Source: the human T2T-CHM13v2.0 reference genome, Homo sapiens
Assembly: GCF_009914755.1 (NCBI RefSeq)
Contig: NC_060940.1
Length of the DNA: 64,000 nt
Strand: one strand, 5' to 3'
Made by a program: the position numbers and the translations under genes. The notes under the pieces were generated by a model. That model ran no database searches, was not told where the DNA came from, and was given only the letters and a program-made list of their open reading frames with translations. Positions 27,606-43,082 of the stretch are shown here, piece after piece; within the stretch, counting starts at the first letter, position 1, and every line of letters starts with the position of its first letter.

Positions 27606-28005
27606 TGATTCTCATTATTTGTGGGATCTAAAAGTCAAAACAGCTGAACTCATGGAGATAGAGAGAAAAAGAATGGTTACCAGAAGCTGGGAAAGTTACG
27701 AGGGTCAGGGAGAGGTGGAAATGGTTAATGGGTACACACACAAAATTAGAAAGAACAAATAAGAACCTAGTATTTGACAGCAAAATAGGGTCACTATTGT
27801 CAATAATAATTTAATTGTACATTGTTAAAAAACAACAAAAAAGTATAATTAGATTGCTTGTAACACAAAGGATAAACGCTTGAGGGAAAATGAATATCCA
27901 ATTTACCCTGATGTGATTATTATACATTGCATACCTGTATCAAAACATCTCATGTACCCCACATACACACCTACTATGTACCCACACACATTAAAGATTA
28001 GAAAA
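27606..28005 (+). mobile_element. L1MA2/3-like 3' end inserted in the L1MD
   Basis: TATTTGTGGGATCTAAAA..GAATGGTTACCAGA..GTAACACAAAGGATAAA..CCTGTATCAAAACATCTCATGTACCCC..CTACTATGTACCCAC. Confidence 0.85.
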
Positions 28006-28729
28006 ACAACAACGAGACACCACTTCACACTTACTAGAGTGGCTAAAATCCAAATAATCCTGACATTACCTACTACTGCAGAGGATGGGGAACAACAGGG
28101 GCTCATATCTTTGTTGGTGGGACTGCAAAAGGCTAAAGCTACTTTGCAAAATAGTTTGACAATTTTTTATAAAGTAAAACGTGATCTTAACTTATGATCT
28201 AGCAATTATGCTGCCAGGTATTTATCCAACTTACTTGAAAACACAAATACACAAAAACCTGCACAAAAACGTGAATAAAGCCAGTCTAAAAAGGGTACAT
28301 TTTTGTGCTCTCAATTGTATGGCATTCTGGAAGAAGCAAAACTATAATAATGGTTAAAGAAAATTACTGGTTCCCATGGGTTTGAGAGCAGGAGATGGGA
28401 TTAAATAGGTGAAGCACAAAAGACATGGTAGGTGAAACGCATCTGTATGATTTACTAAGGGTTGATGTATGAAGCTGTGCATTTGTGAAAACTCATGGAA
28501 CTTAGGACAAGGAGTGAACTTTAATGTATGCAAATTTAAAAATCATTGAGAAGGTCATGGAATACTTGGACGGAATGTATAACATGACAAAGCAATCTAA
28601 ATATAGTATAAACACATGAAGCAACTTCACTGATAAATGTTGGGTGAAAGGATATGGCACGCTTTTATATAAAGGTATAATATCTTTTTATATAAAGTTA
28701 CGTAAGTAACTTTGGAAATGAGTGGAGAC

Positions 28730-28890
28730 AAGGAGTATAAAATTTCAGTTATGCAAGATGAGTAAGTTCTGGAGATCTGCTGTACAGCAGCATGCTTATA
28801 GGTAGCAATACTTTTCACTGTACATTTCAAAATCTTTTAAGAGGGTAGATCGTGTGTTGTGTTCTTACTATAATAAAAATACTTTTAAAA
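28730..28890 (+). mobile_element. L1MA10/L1MB-like 3' end fragment inserted in the L1MD
   Basis: TTTCAGTTATGCAAGATGAGTAAGTTCTGGAGATCTGCTGTACA..TTAAGAGGGTAGATC..GTTCTTAC..AATAAAA. Confidence 0.75.
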
Positions 28891-29490
28891 TACACTAAAG
28901 GCAAAAGAAACTGTACATAAACACTAGGCTGTAGTTGATAAAACTGTTTATCATGAGAGTATGGGCTAAAAAATGTGGTATTATTTCTTTATATATAGAT
29001 ATAGATATAGATATGCTCAAAACAAACAATTATATAAATACATGGCCAATGGTGGAAGCTAGATTTCTTACTGTCGGAGTGGGAGGTTGCTGGTTAACAA
29101 ATAGAAGAGCCTGCAGTAATCCATGTGGTTATGGATCGTGGTTGGAAATATCTGTATGAAGTTATATTTGGATTCATATAACTACATATGATTATATAGA
29201 AATATTTATGGATATGTGCATACACAGAGTTTAGAATACAAACATATATGTCCATGCTCTGATAGCTGAGAGGTATAGATGCATCAATACTACAGTAACA
29301 ATGAGCATATCTAACCTAGAGATCTGTTTTTCTAATACAGTTCTCTGGTAAAGGGAACAAGAACTCTTTGGAGAAGCTGCTGATTTTATGACTGGACAGA
29401 AATTATGCAAGGTGAGCCCGGAGTATTTCGTAGTACTGAAAAGTAAGTAAGTGCCAGGGAAGAAAAGCCCTTAATAATGGAAGTATGTCA

Positions 29491-31040
29491 TTTTTTATAT
29501 ATTATACTTTATGTTCTAGGGTACATGTGCACAACGTACAGGTTTGTTACATAGGTATACATGTGCCATGTTGGTTTGCTGCACCCATCAACTCATCATT
29601 TACATTAGGTATTTCTCCTAATGCTATCCCTCCCCCAGCCCCCACCCCCTAACAGGCTCTGGTATGTGATGTTCCCCTCCCTGTGTCCATGTGTTCTCAT
29701 TGTTCAACTCCCACTTATGAGTGAGAACATGTGGTGTTTGGTTTTCTGTCCTTGCGATATTTTGCTGAGAATGATGGTTTCCAGCTTCATCCACATCCCT
29801 GCAAAGGACATGAACTCATCGTTTTTTTATGGCTGCATAGTATTCTATGGTGTATATGTGCCATATTTTCTTTATCCAGTCTATTATTGATGGACATTTG
29901 GGTTGGTTCCAGTCTTTGCTATTGTGAACAGTGCTGCAATAAACATACATGGGCATGTGTCTTTATAGCAGCATGATTTATAATCCTTTGAGTATATACC
30001 CAGTAATGGGATTCCTGGGTCAAATGGTATTTCTAGTTCTAGATCCTTGAGGAATTGCCCCACTGTCTTCCACAATGGTAGAACTAATTTACACTCGCAC
30101 CAACAGTGTAAAAGCATTCCTATTTCTCCACATCCTCTCCAGCATCTGCTGTTTCCTGACTTTTAATGATTGCCATTCTAAATGGTGTGAGATGATATCT
30201 CACTGTGGTTTTGATTTGCATTTCGCTGATGACTAGTGATGAAAAGCATTTTTTCATATGTCTGTTGGCTGCATAAATGTCTTCTTTTGAGAAGTGTCTT
30301 TTCATATCCTTTGCCCACTTTTTGATGGGGTTTTCTTTTTTCTTGTAAATTTGTTTAAGTTCTTTGTAGCTTCTGGATATTAGCCCTTTGTCAGATGGAT
30401 AGATTGCAAAAATTTTCTCCTATTCTGTAGGTTGCCTGTTCACTTTGATGATAGTTTCTTTTTCTGTGCAGAAGCTCTTTAGTTTAATTAGATCCCATTT
30501 GTCTATTTGGGCTTTTATTGCCATTACCTTTGGTGTTTTAGTCATGAAGTCTTTGCCCATGCCTATGTCCTGAATGGTATTGCCTAGGTTTTCTTCTAGG
30601 GTTTTTATAGTTTTAGGTCTTACATTTAAGTCTTCAATCCATATTGAGTTAATTTTTGTATAAGGTGTAAGAAAGGGATCCAGTTTCAGCTTTCTATATA
30701 TGGCTAGCCAGTTTTCCCAGCACCATTTATTAAATAGGTAATCCTTTTCCCATTGCTTATTTTTGTCAGGTGTGTCAAAGATCAGAGGGTTGTAGATGTG
30801 TGGTATTATTTCTGAGGCCTCTGTTCTGTTCCATTGGTCTATATATCTGTTTTGGTACTAGTACCATGCTGTTTTGGTTACTGTAGCCTTGTAGTATAGT
30901 TTGAAGTCAGATAGCGTGATGCCTCCAGCTTTGTTCTTTTTGCTTAGGATTGTCTTGGCTATGCAGGCTCTTTTATCAAGCTACCACTGACTTTCTTCAC
31001 AGAATTGGAAAAAGCTACTTTAAATTTCATATGGAACCAA
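29491..31040 (-). mobile_element. L1PA (L1PA6/7-like), 5'-truncated with a 66 bp 5' inversion
   Basis: Minus-strand 3' UTR and ORF2 at 29491-30974 (ORFs [34 protein letters not shown]); plus-strand piece at 30975-31040; TSD ATAATGGAAGTATGTCA (29474-29490) / ATAATGGGAGTATTTCA (31041-31057). Confidence 0.96.
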
Positions 31041-34000
31041 ATAATGGGAGTATTTCAAAGGGACACAGGAGTCAAATGAAACAGTCCCCAATGGCCAAAG
31101 CTGGAATAATTTGAGCAATAATATAAATAAGGTTGGTTTGGATTATAACCCAAAGTATAATACAAAAATCAATTAATTCATACTGGCATAAATAAATCAT
31201 GGGATGGATAAATAAATGGGAGAGAAGAGACAAATATCATGTACAGAAGAACTTCAAATAATTTATGTAGATACTCTGCTTTCAAGCAGGTGAGGCAGAA
31301 CTCCACCCTCCTCAAGTGTTGACTGCACATATTGACTTTCTTCTAAAGACTATAGTAGGGAAGGGGAAAAAACAAACTATGTTGGAGGAGCCTCATACAG
31401 TACCTCTGCTGGGTGAGCAAGATTAACGTTAATAGTAATAAGTAATGTTGATAATAGGTATTTTTGATATAATATCATTAACATGGCAATTTATCCCCAT
31501 GTTTTTCCTTCCTCAAACCCATAACCCAAGTCTAATCATAAGAAAAACATCAGGAAAATCCAAAATGTGGGGTAGTCTATAAAACACCTAACTGGTACAC
31601 TTCCAAAGTTTTAAGTTCATCAAAATAGGAAAGGTCTATGAAAATGTAAAAGCCAAGAGGAGTCTACAGGTAATGTGGCTAAATGTGATGTGATATTCTG
31701 GATAGCATCCTAGGACTGAAACAGGATACTAGGTAAAAACTAAGAATATCTAAATATAGTATGGACTTTAGTTAATAATAATATCAATGCTGGCTCATTA
31801 ATTGTGACAACTATGCCAGAGTAATTTAAGATGTTAATGAGAAGGGATATTGGATGGGAATTTGTTGGAATTCTCTGTACTGCCTTGGCAATTTTTCTTT
31901 AAAACTTTTCTAAAATTAAAAGTTAATTTTAAAAAAATTAGTTTTCTTAATAAAAAAATCAGTATGACACATGGTGTGCAGTTAATGATACATTCTATAG
32001 ATTGTGATAATATGAGACAACCCACTTGACCATTGTTATTTCTTTTAAAATAAAAATTTCTACAATCTAGAAAATTCAGTCATATTGTTAGGAGATAATA
32101 ATACTGGGATGGCTGGGATGTCACTCTTGAAATGAAAACAGGTTTTTTATAAGACCTTAGTCTCCACTGGCCACTTTTACATTCTCACCTCCTGCAATTA
32201 ACTAACCTCATATCCCAATGGAATCCATTTACTCAAATGTGAAAGAGAACCTAGTGATTCTTTATAATAATGTCCTCTCAATTCTCATAATTTCTATACT
32301 GTTGTCTTTATTTATTGTAATGTTTTCTTTTTACATTCTCAAATCTGATCTTTCTTACACATCTTCTGTAGCTCTGAAAATGTATTTATCCTATAGCTGT
32401 TACTCTTTCTTTCATTATTTACATAAGGCTGCTTCCTTACTGTCACTTCCTTTTTTCTTTATTTCGGTCTAAATTTTATAACCATCTTAAATTCATGTTC
32501 AAAGTTTACATACTTACTTGTATGCAATGGATTCTAAAACCCATATCTTATCATCTTGATCCATTTTTTACATCCCAGTCTGGTTTCAAACTGCCTTCCA
32601 ATCATTCTACATGGGCTTGCAACATGCACGTCACATTCAGCATTCACCCCTCACGTAGACAGCATTCTGCCCATTATCAACTGCTTTTAACATTTGTATC
32701 AAAACACACTTGTTGTCATGGATAGGTCTTTCTTAGTTTCTTCATTCTTTTATCTGTCATTTCTCTGTTTCTATTTAATTTCCTTTATGTAATCTTCATG
32801 CTTCATTCTACTTGTTTTGCCTTTATCTCATTGACTCCACTCATGCTTTTATCTTTCCTTAAAATTGTCTTTATAACTTTGTTTCTTGACTTTAGCAATA
32901 AATGTAGGGATTGCCTTTAAAATGACACTCTGTTGATTTTTGAAATACATACTTTGCTTGGAAAAAAAATTCTCTGAGGATGCAATTGCAGAGTTTTGCA
33001 GATGACAGAAGTAAAAAGCAAATTTTATATTTCATTCATCATTTCAGTAGGTAAGTGATGAAAGAGAAGCAGCTAAACATGATCTTGTATGTGATTAGGT
33101 GGATGGCATGCCATTTAGATAAATACAGACAATAGAGAAACAGATTTGGAAGAGAAAATGATAAAGTATAATTTTACACATATTCCTCCCATGTGGCCAA
33201 ATAGAGTTCAATACACAAAAATATCTGCAAAGATATAGATAATGTATATGTTCTTAAGCTGGGGTGTTTTCAATTTATTATTATGCTTTATAATAGTTAA
33301 ATGTATTGCAGATATTGTGTTTATATCAAATATTATATAATAGACATATAAATTATTAAGTGTTCACCAAGATGAAGCCATTTCTCTGCACTTTCCACAA
33401 ATATAAATTTCTATTAGAAGCTCTCTTACTATTTGCACATAGGACAATTAAGCTTAAAGCTTCCTAGGCTCACAGCCACACAAAACTTTCTTTCTGCAAA
33501 CTGAATAGACAATTATTTATTTAATAATGGTCACTCGCTTTCTCTCCACCCACTCTTACACTTCTCCATCTGCTCTGTGAGAGGGAGGGGTGAGTGAGGA
33601 AAATATGTTAAATAGCCACAAAAGTCACAGATCCCTGTTTTTATTACTACTTCCATACCATTAACATTAGAGTAAAACAATTGCTCTTTAAATAAAATGA
33701 ATCTTATTAGTTTATTAGTATTTCTTAAAACCCCAAATTTAACCAATTACACAAGGGGTTCATTATGTTTACTTGAGAAACGTGCTGTTAATCTAATCCT
33801 TTATTTTTTCTCTACAATTTGCCATTTTCCAAGTTCAGATCTTCTATTTTTTTTTTTTTTTTTTTTGGCCTAGGTTATTTGCCATGGTCCTAACATGTCA
33901 CTCCCACTAATTTTTCTAAAAGAGTAATGGAGGGAGGCTTGAAGCAATGGATATAAAGCCACACTATTATAAAGACATAAAGCATACCTAATTTAACAAA

Positions 34001-34149
34001 TAAATCCAAGAGATTCACAATAAAAATACCCTAAAGATATTCTCCAATCAAATTAAGAAGTCCATTTGGTGAAAATGAAACATACAAACAGGATTTGGGG
34101 AGGTGGAACAAAAAGAAGAATAATGTGGAGGGGAGAGCTTTACCATATA

Positions 34150-34803
<654 letters not shown>

Positions 34804-35922
34804 TATGGTAAAATTACAAAACATACATGTGTATCACACATAGTTATGCACACACATCCCTTGGTCCTGGTATAGAGATGGAATTAGCTGTTAACATAAT
34901 ATATCTGAGATCCCAATTCCAATGATAAACTGAATTCAGAATATATTGCCAACATATAAAATCAACAAGAGAAGATGTCTTTTTTAATAAGTGCAGTTGA
35001 AACAACTGGTTAGGATTTTAGACAAAAGACTGCGGTAAAATAAATTCCAGATAAACACAATATTTTAAGAATATTAATCTTAAATGAATAAGAAAACGTG
35101 TTTGAGGTATATATTTCAAAATCTTACTTTTGGTGAAAACCTTTGTAATGACAGAAAACCAAACATTCATAATATATAATTAGATTCTATCAATATTTAG
35201 TACAGTCATTTGTAAAAAATATATACTATTATCAAATCAAAAAACATAAACACACAAAGCAAATTTTTAAAAAACAGGCAATGAGCTAATAAACATATAT
35301 AACACCCACTTCCTGCAGACATAGCAGTAAGTTTTAAATCAATAAAATTTGGAGGTATGTTCATGTTTGATATTATTCTTATTTAGAAGTTTTGTTCAAC
35401 ACTCTACTCTCTATTGAACTGCGATTTCTTCCCCTATATCACATTACTAACCTTGAGATTATCCCTGCCAGTTAAAGGGAAGGACAAGAGATATTTTGCT
35501 TTTGTTGACTAGGCTTTAAAAAGAAAAATAAGAAACAAAACAAATAAACAAAAACAACAAAAAATACTCAGTAGATTTCCAAATTAAAAACAAAGAAATA
35601 AAACAAAAGAGACTTGAATAGTTTCTCTCTGACCCTATGTCTAGGTCTTATTATCCTATGGTAGATGACTGTAAAATAATGAGGATTCATGGGAAAACTG
35701 TAGTACCAAACCTTAGATATAAACAGTTAAAATGAGTAAAATGCCCCTTTCCCCCAGCCTCATTCAAAGAAGAGTAAGAAGTCAAAAATCCAAGATGAGA
35801 TATATTTGAAAATACTAAACAAAGAAAGAAAATGTTGAGGAATCGGCAAAGATGAGAAAAGCACATGAGATGCAAAGAAAATTGAAGATTTCGTTTCATT
35901 TTCTTTTTTCTTTTTTTTTCTT

Positions 35923-36584
<662 letters not shown>

Positions 36585-37589
36585 TGGTTTTAAAATTTAA
36601 GATTTTAATTACAAATTAAATTTTAAATTCAAAAATTAATCCTGGACAAAAACGAACATTTCATAAAATATTTCTTACACATTCAAAAATTATAGAACAC
36701 ATTGTTTTGATAGTAGAACTTAATAGGAGATGCAAATCAACCACCATTTTCTTTTTCTCTTCTATTCGAGAAAGAAAGCTCTGTTTCTTTTTCTATTATG
36801 AAAACCAATATTTCTCTTTCTATTTATTATAAACTCCACACAACTACAGAACAATGACATTTACAAATGCATTTTCTCTTCATAGATTTTGCTTCCTTCT
36901 ATTCAATAAGTTAGCTCCTGTTTACCTCAAATCTAAGATTGAATGTCAGATCCAAAGAGAAGCCTTCCCTTACCTCCCTCTGTTGCATCCACCTGTTTTA
37001 CACTTTATACTCTTCTTATAGTATGCAATTAGTATAGATATATAGTTGTTGTCGTTGCAGTGGTAGTTGTTTTGGTAGTGGCGGTTGTGGTGATTGTTGC
37101 TGTCATTAAAATTGTGCATAAATCTGTTAATTTATATTAATATCTGCTATTAGTTGCTTGCAATAATATATCTGATATTTACATATATATTGGTAATATG
37201 ACAAACAAAGCTTGTGCTCTTTAAAATAATAATTTATCAGTAATTTTAACATAGTAATATACATTAGCAACTCCTGAAGGGGTCAGATGTGTGTATTTTC
37301 TGAACATATTGATTAGAAAATATATGATGTGTTTTTTCTTTGGTTACTTTGCCAGTTTTAGATGATTTCTATTTTTTTGCATGCCTGCGTGGGCACATTT
37401 GTGTGTGTGTTCTCCACTAATCTCAGAAGCAAGTGATTATGTAAAGTAAAAATAGATCTGGCCTTTGATTCTGCAAATAAGTGTAAGAGACATTATTTTA
37501 ATTCACACCTTGCATCGTGTATGGGCAGCCAACTCACCAGTCATCATGATTAACAACTGTGTTATTACCAAAAGAGAACAATAATATAA

Positions 37590-37815
37590 AATATTCTCCA
37601 CTTATTGTGTGCCTACCATGAGGCAAGCTCTGTGCTGGGCTCTATGAAAACATGATTCATGAACCTAATACCAACTTTCCCAATGCCTCCATATTGTAAT
37701 TGGTTAAAATCCACAATTATAGCTGTAAATAAGCTGTAAATAACAGCCTTGGCCACGTACTGAGTAAGAATTAGAACCCAGGTCAGACAGAGCCAAAGGC
37801 CTTGTGCTTTCACTG
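37590..37815 (-). mobile_element. MIR relic
   Basis: CACTTATTGTGTGCCTACCATG..TGTGCTGGGC..ATTAGAACCCAGGTCAGACAGAGCCAAAG matches reverse MIR. Confidence 0.65.
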
Positions 37816-39834
37816 ATCAGTGTAGCCTCTCTAAACCCCTCTGTTCAGGAAAAAAAAAAAAAAAAAAAGATGAGAACCTCCCTGGAAGACATTTATAAGA
37901 ATTACATATCATATGAGAAAGTAGCCATGCCAGTACCTGTAACACAGGGGGGGTTTAATACATATCTGTTGAGAAAAAATTCACACCTGAGAGATACATC
38001 TATGTGTTTACTATCTATGAATCACTTGACCCCACCAGGCTAGAAACCCTGTGAAGGCAAGAATATGGAGGTTTCCCAACAGCAAATCATTCAACAGAGA
38101 AGCCAATACTGGAGAAATAACTGAGAGATTGGAGAATATGAAGTCCAATTGCTCAACAAACATTTACCAAGCAGTATGTGTTAGGCAATCTTTCAGGCCC
38201 TGGGGAAATAAAGAGTTATGTGCACACCTCATAGACAGAAGTGTTATAGGGTTTGAAAACAATGTGGTAAGGCCTAAAAAACTTCAAGATAAATGGTATA
38301 TTGGCCACAATAACTTAGTTTTTTTTTTTATAGTAAAACTGCCAAGCTATAATTTAAAACATTATTTTGGAAAAAGATATCTTACCATGTAATTGTTTTC
38401 CAAGGGAACAGTTATGTAAATAATCTTTTTCAAATAGACTTCCACTTATTTAGTATATAGTCTGACTATTACACTTAGCTTTGTCAGCTGAATGGATGAT
38501 ACTCTGTTCTTGCCTCATTTGCTTTCCTTGATAGTTATTCAATGAAAATAAATAATTCACCTAAATTGTCACAGACTGAAATTCAGGATCTTTGCTCACT
38601 CCAGACATGAATTTAACTAGTAACAGCATAATTACCTGCTAATTGTTCTGTGATTACATTTACCTTAAGCTGTTACAACTTTAAAAAGTACCCTTATTGC
38701 AGCTCAAATAATAGCATTTCTCCCTCCATCATCTTATCTTCGGCTTAACTGCAATGCAAAATAAAGGTATGTAATTTCTTTGAAACATGATCATCTCATT
38801 CTGGACATTAAATAATGTTAAAAAGAAAGTTATTAATGAGGACAGCTTGTCCTCTACACAAGTCCAAAAGGGAAATTTATCAGGAGGCACAAATAACGTG
38901 TTAATATAAAAAAACACTCTAAAATTACATGTCTAATTGCAAGCTTGTTTTGATCTTCTCTTTCTATAAAGCTCAACTGGTGACTGAAATCTTTTTAGAG
39001 TAATGGTAATTGGGCCAGCATGGATCACTGACAAAGACAACTAATATTGTTTATAACTACTGATCTTCCCATGCCTTCTTAATGAGACAACTTTCAGCCT
39101 GAAGGAGAAGGGATTTCGTTAACCAAATGGAGAAATAGAAACTGTCAAGTATTTCCTTAGATTATTTACTGGTTCATTCATATCTTTTTAATTTTTTTTG
39201 AGTTATCTGATGTTGATGTTTTATTCTGGTAGTGAGTCTGTTTAGTTTATAGGCTCTGACTGACATTTGATCCTTTGCCCTGTTCAGCTTGAGATTGACG
39301 GTTCTGCTTCTCCCAGAAACTGAGATACTCCTGAACAGCAAAAAGAATATGTGTGAAGGAAGCTATCCTCAATCCTGTGGGTGTGTATGCGAGACCTTGT
39401 TGGAATTGAAATGAAATTCAACACCCACTGACAATCATGCCACACCCACCCCCACAAACAAGGATGCCTGGCTCACCCTCTTAGCCCTGGTTTCTTGAAG
39501 GAGGAATCTGAGTTAACTAGTCTTTTTGAAAGATCTCAGCTTTTCTAAACAGAAGGTGGGTGGGAGATTGGTCTATTTTGGGACCCATGTGTTAAAGCAG
39601 GAGTGGTAACACCTCAGGAAAAGCTTCATGTTGGTAGCTGATATTAGCAATGAGTGCCTCCGAAATGTGAATTTGGAACTGCATAATGATTCTGCTGCCT
39701 CTTTTTTCCAGATCCAACTTCCCCTTCTGCCAACCTGGTGGTGTATCTCTGTATCTATAGATTGTATACACATATGTGTATATATACACATATGTAATAT
39801 ATAATTTATTATGAAAGGCAATAAGAAAATGGGT

Positions 39835-40940
39835 AGCATAAGGAAATGAAGCTGTGTGCAGGGACTTTGGAGTCAAAGAGGTTCAAATTGTAACCAGTTA
39901 ATTTTACCCTTTTGAAACTCAATTTCTGAAAACATAACATGTGAGAAGTACTAAATCATAGTGTTACTGTAAGGACTGAGTGGGATAATGTGCTTAAAGT
40001 ACTTAGTATAGAGCTTTGAGGAATCGCCACACTTTCTTCCACAGTGGTCAAACTAATTTACATTCCCACTAACAGTGTAAAAGCATTTTCTTTCTCCACC
40101 CCCTCACCAGCATCTGTTGCATTTTGCCTTTTAATAATAACCATTCTGACTGGCATGAAATAGTATTGCATTGTGGTTTTGATTTGCATTTCTGTAATGA
40201 TCAGTGATGTTGAGCTTTTTTTAGTGTTTGTTGGACGCATGTATGTCTTCTTTTGGGAAGTGTGTATTCATGTCCTTTGCCCACTTTTTAATCAAAGACC
40301 TAGAAGCAGAAATAGCATTTGACCCAGCAATCCCTTTACTGGGTATATACTGAAAGGAATATAAATCATTCTATTACAAAGATACATGCATGCATATGTT
40401 CATTGCAGCACTATTCACAATAACAAAGACACGGAATCAACCTAAATGCTTATCAATAATAGAGTGGATAAAGAAAATGTGGCCTATATATACCATGGAA
40501 TACTTTGTGGCCATAAAAGGAAATGAAACACTGTCATTTGCAGAGACATGGAGGGAGTTAGAAGCCATTATCCTCAGCAAACTAACACAGGAATAGAAAA
40601 CCAAACACTGCATGTTCTCACTTATATATGTGAGCTGAATAATGAGAACACATGTAGACATGGGAGGAAACCACACACACTGGGACCTGCCAAAAGGGAG
40701 GGTTGGGTAAAAGAGAACATCAGAAAGAATGGCTAACGGATGCTTGGCTTAATATCTAGGTGATGGAATGATCTGTGCCACAAACCACCATGGAGCACAC
40801 TTACCTATGTAACAAACCTGCACATGTACCCTTGAACTTAAAATAAAAGTTGAAAAGAGAAAAAAAAAGGAAAAGAAAAAAAAAGTGCTTAGTATAGTGC
40901 CTGACACATAGAATGTACCATTATTACAATATTATTATTA
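39835..40940 (+). mobile_element. MIR split by an L1PA insertion (MIR parts ~39835-40013 and ~40882-40940)
   Basis: GGACTTTGGAGTCAAA..GGTTCAAAT..TGTAAGGACTGAGTGGGATAATG..AAAGTACTTAG | TAGTGCCTGACACATAG..TATTATTATT. Confidence 0.75.
40014..40884 (+). mobile_element. L1PA (L1PA11/12-like), 5'-truncated with a ~280 bp 5' inversion
   Basis: Minus-oriented ORF2 piece at 40014-40292, then plus-oriented ORF2 end, 3' UTR and A-tail at 40292-40884; TSD AAAGTACTTAGTATAG (39996-40011) / AAAGTGCTTAGTATAG (40882-40897). Confidence 0.95.
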
Positions 40941-41057
40941 AACTCATGTCATGTTCTGAATGCCTGGTATCAACACTATTTTTCTGTAAGTATTCAATTC
41001 TGTCTTTGGCAAATCTAAATATTTCAGTAAAATGCTAACAGATTTTATTTAATTGAA

Positions 41058-41084
41058 TGTGTCTGTGTGTGTGTGTGTGTGTGT
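41058..41084 (+). repeat. Interrupted (TG)n microsatellite
   Basis: Read directly from the sequence. Confidence 0.95.
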
Positions 41085-41248
41085 AATTTATTTAAAATAT
41101 TAAACTGCTGTATCTGACCCTGTGTTTTTCCATTTTCTACAATGATTTATAGTTCCTGTACTCTTTAAAGAATGATTTAATTTCACTGTCTCATTGACAG
41201 ATACATTAATTTCTAAACTTTATTTGCCAAAAATATTAGTATTGGTGA

Positions 41249-41627
<379 letters not shown>

Positions 41628-41639
41628 TATCTTAACTTT

Positions 41640-42110
41640 TTTATTAACTATAAAACTTAAATTCACCCACCATAGGTGAACATTTTGATGATTCTTAGGA
41701 TATTTATATACAGTAAGTTTATACATTATCGTGATTCAGTTTGATAATATTTTCATCACCACAAAAAAAAGTTTTCTCATGTCTATTGGCATGTAAATTC
41801 TTACTTCCATCCCAACCTGAAGCAACCATTGATGTACTTTGTCTTACTTTATGCCTCTTCTGAAGTTGAATATAAATAGAACTATGCAATATTTACTCAT
41901 TTGTGTCTGACTTATTTAGTATGTTTTTGAGGTTTATCCATGTTGTTACATTTATCTGTAATTATTTTTTGTTTTAGTTGTAGAGTAGTATTCCATTTAT
42001 GGATGAATCTCATTTTGTTTGTCCATTTGCACATTGATGGGTAGTGTATTTTCAGCCTAAAGTTAACATAAGTAACATTCCTGTAAATATTTGTTCCTTT
42101 ATCTTTTTCA
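41640..42110 (-). mobile_element. L1MB/L1MC-like 3' UTR relic
   Basis: AATATTTTCATCACC..GCAACCATTGATGTACTTTGTC..ATATAAATAGAACTATGCAATAT..TATGTTTTTGAGGTTTATCCATGTTGT..TAGTATTCCATT. Confidence 0.75.
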
Positions 42111-43082
42111 AATGAATGGATCTTTTGGAATCTAACAAATTTAGCTCCTGTTCTCAAAGAAAAGGAAAAGTGTACCTCAACAAAAAAGAGTATTCAAGAT
42201 TCAGTTTAAGGTTACAGAGCTACTTGAATCCTGAATGTCACTATAGTTCCCCAGATTCTCAAATTAAAAGTTTTTTTCTAAGGACATGCAGATCATATTT
42301 TTAAGAATCAGACAAACATTCTCATTTCTTTGTATACAATTATAATGCTACTGTGTTTGAGAGAAGATGAAGCAATTGGCTCCCTAAGAACTAAAGTCAT
42401 TTATCAAACTAATCATGATAAACCACACATAAACAGAGTGGCCTGGGGACAAAAAAAAAAAAAAGAGCTGTGAACTGTTGTCACATCTGTTATGTTGGCA
42501 GTACTCTAACAGACAAGGCACTGGGCATCTACACCCTGGGAAATGTATAATGTTGTAAAGCAGCAAGACACTTCAATATAATGACTTGACCTCACATCTT
42601 AAATACTGCAAAAAAGGAACAAAAACTGATGCAGATAATCACAATCTATCGTGACTCTTTAAGCATCTGCCACATGCAGTATGCTAAGAGGTATGAAGGA
42701 GACGAGTGTCAAGTGTGGTGCCTGCCCACAAGGAACTTGGAGTTCACTGGTCCTCCCAAGTTACAGAGAAAAGCTCCTCCTATTGAGTTCTCCGAAAATA
42801 GTGTCTAAGTGCCAATTTCAACATCATGGAGTCATTTTAAAATCACTTCCTGCTTGATTTATGAAGGACCCACAGTCAGAAGCTGAGTTGTTTCTAAAAC
42901 TATAATTGTGTAGATATGTTGCCAAACACAGATTAGGCATTTAATTCATTATGGCTGTTAAGACCTGTCCCATTCCATTAAAATCCAGATATAATAGTTT
43001 ATTTATTATTATAACTAATAAATGTTTATTTATTATTATTAATAAATAATAATAAAATAATTGATTAATGCCATAATGGAGG

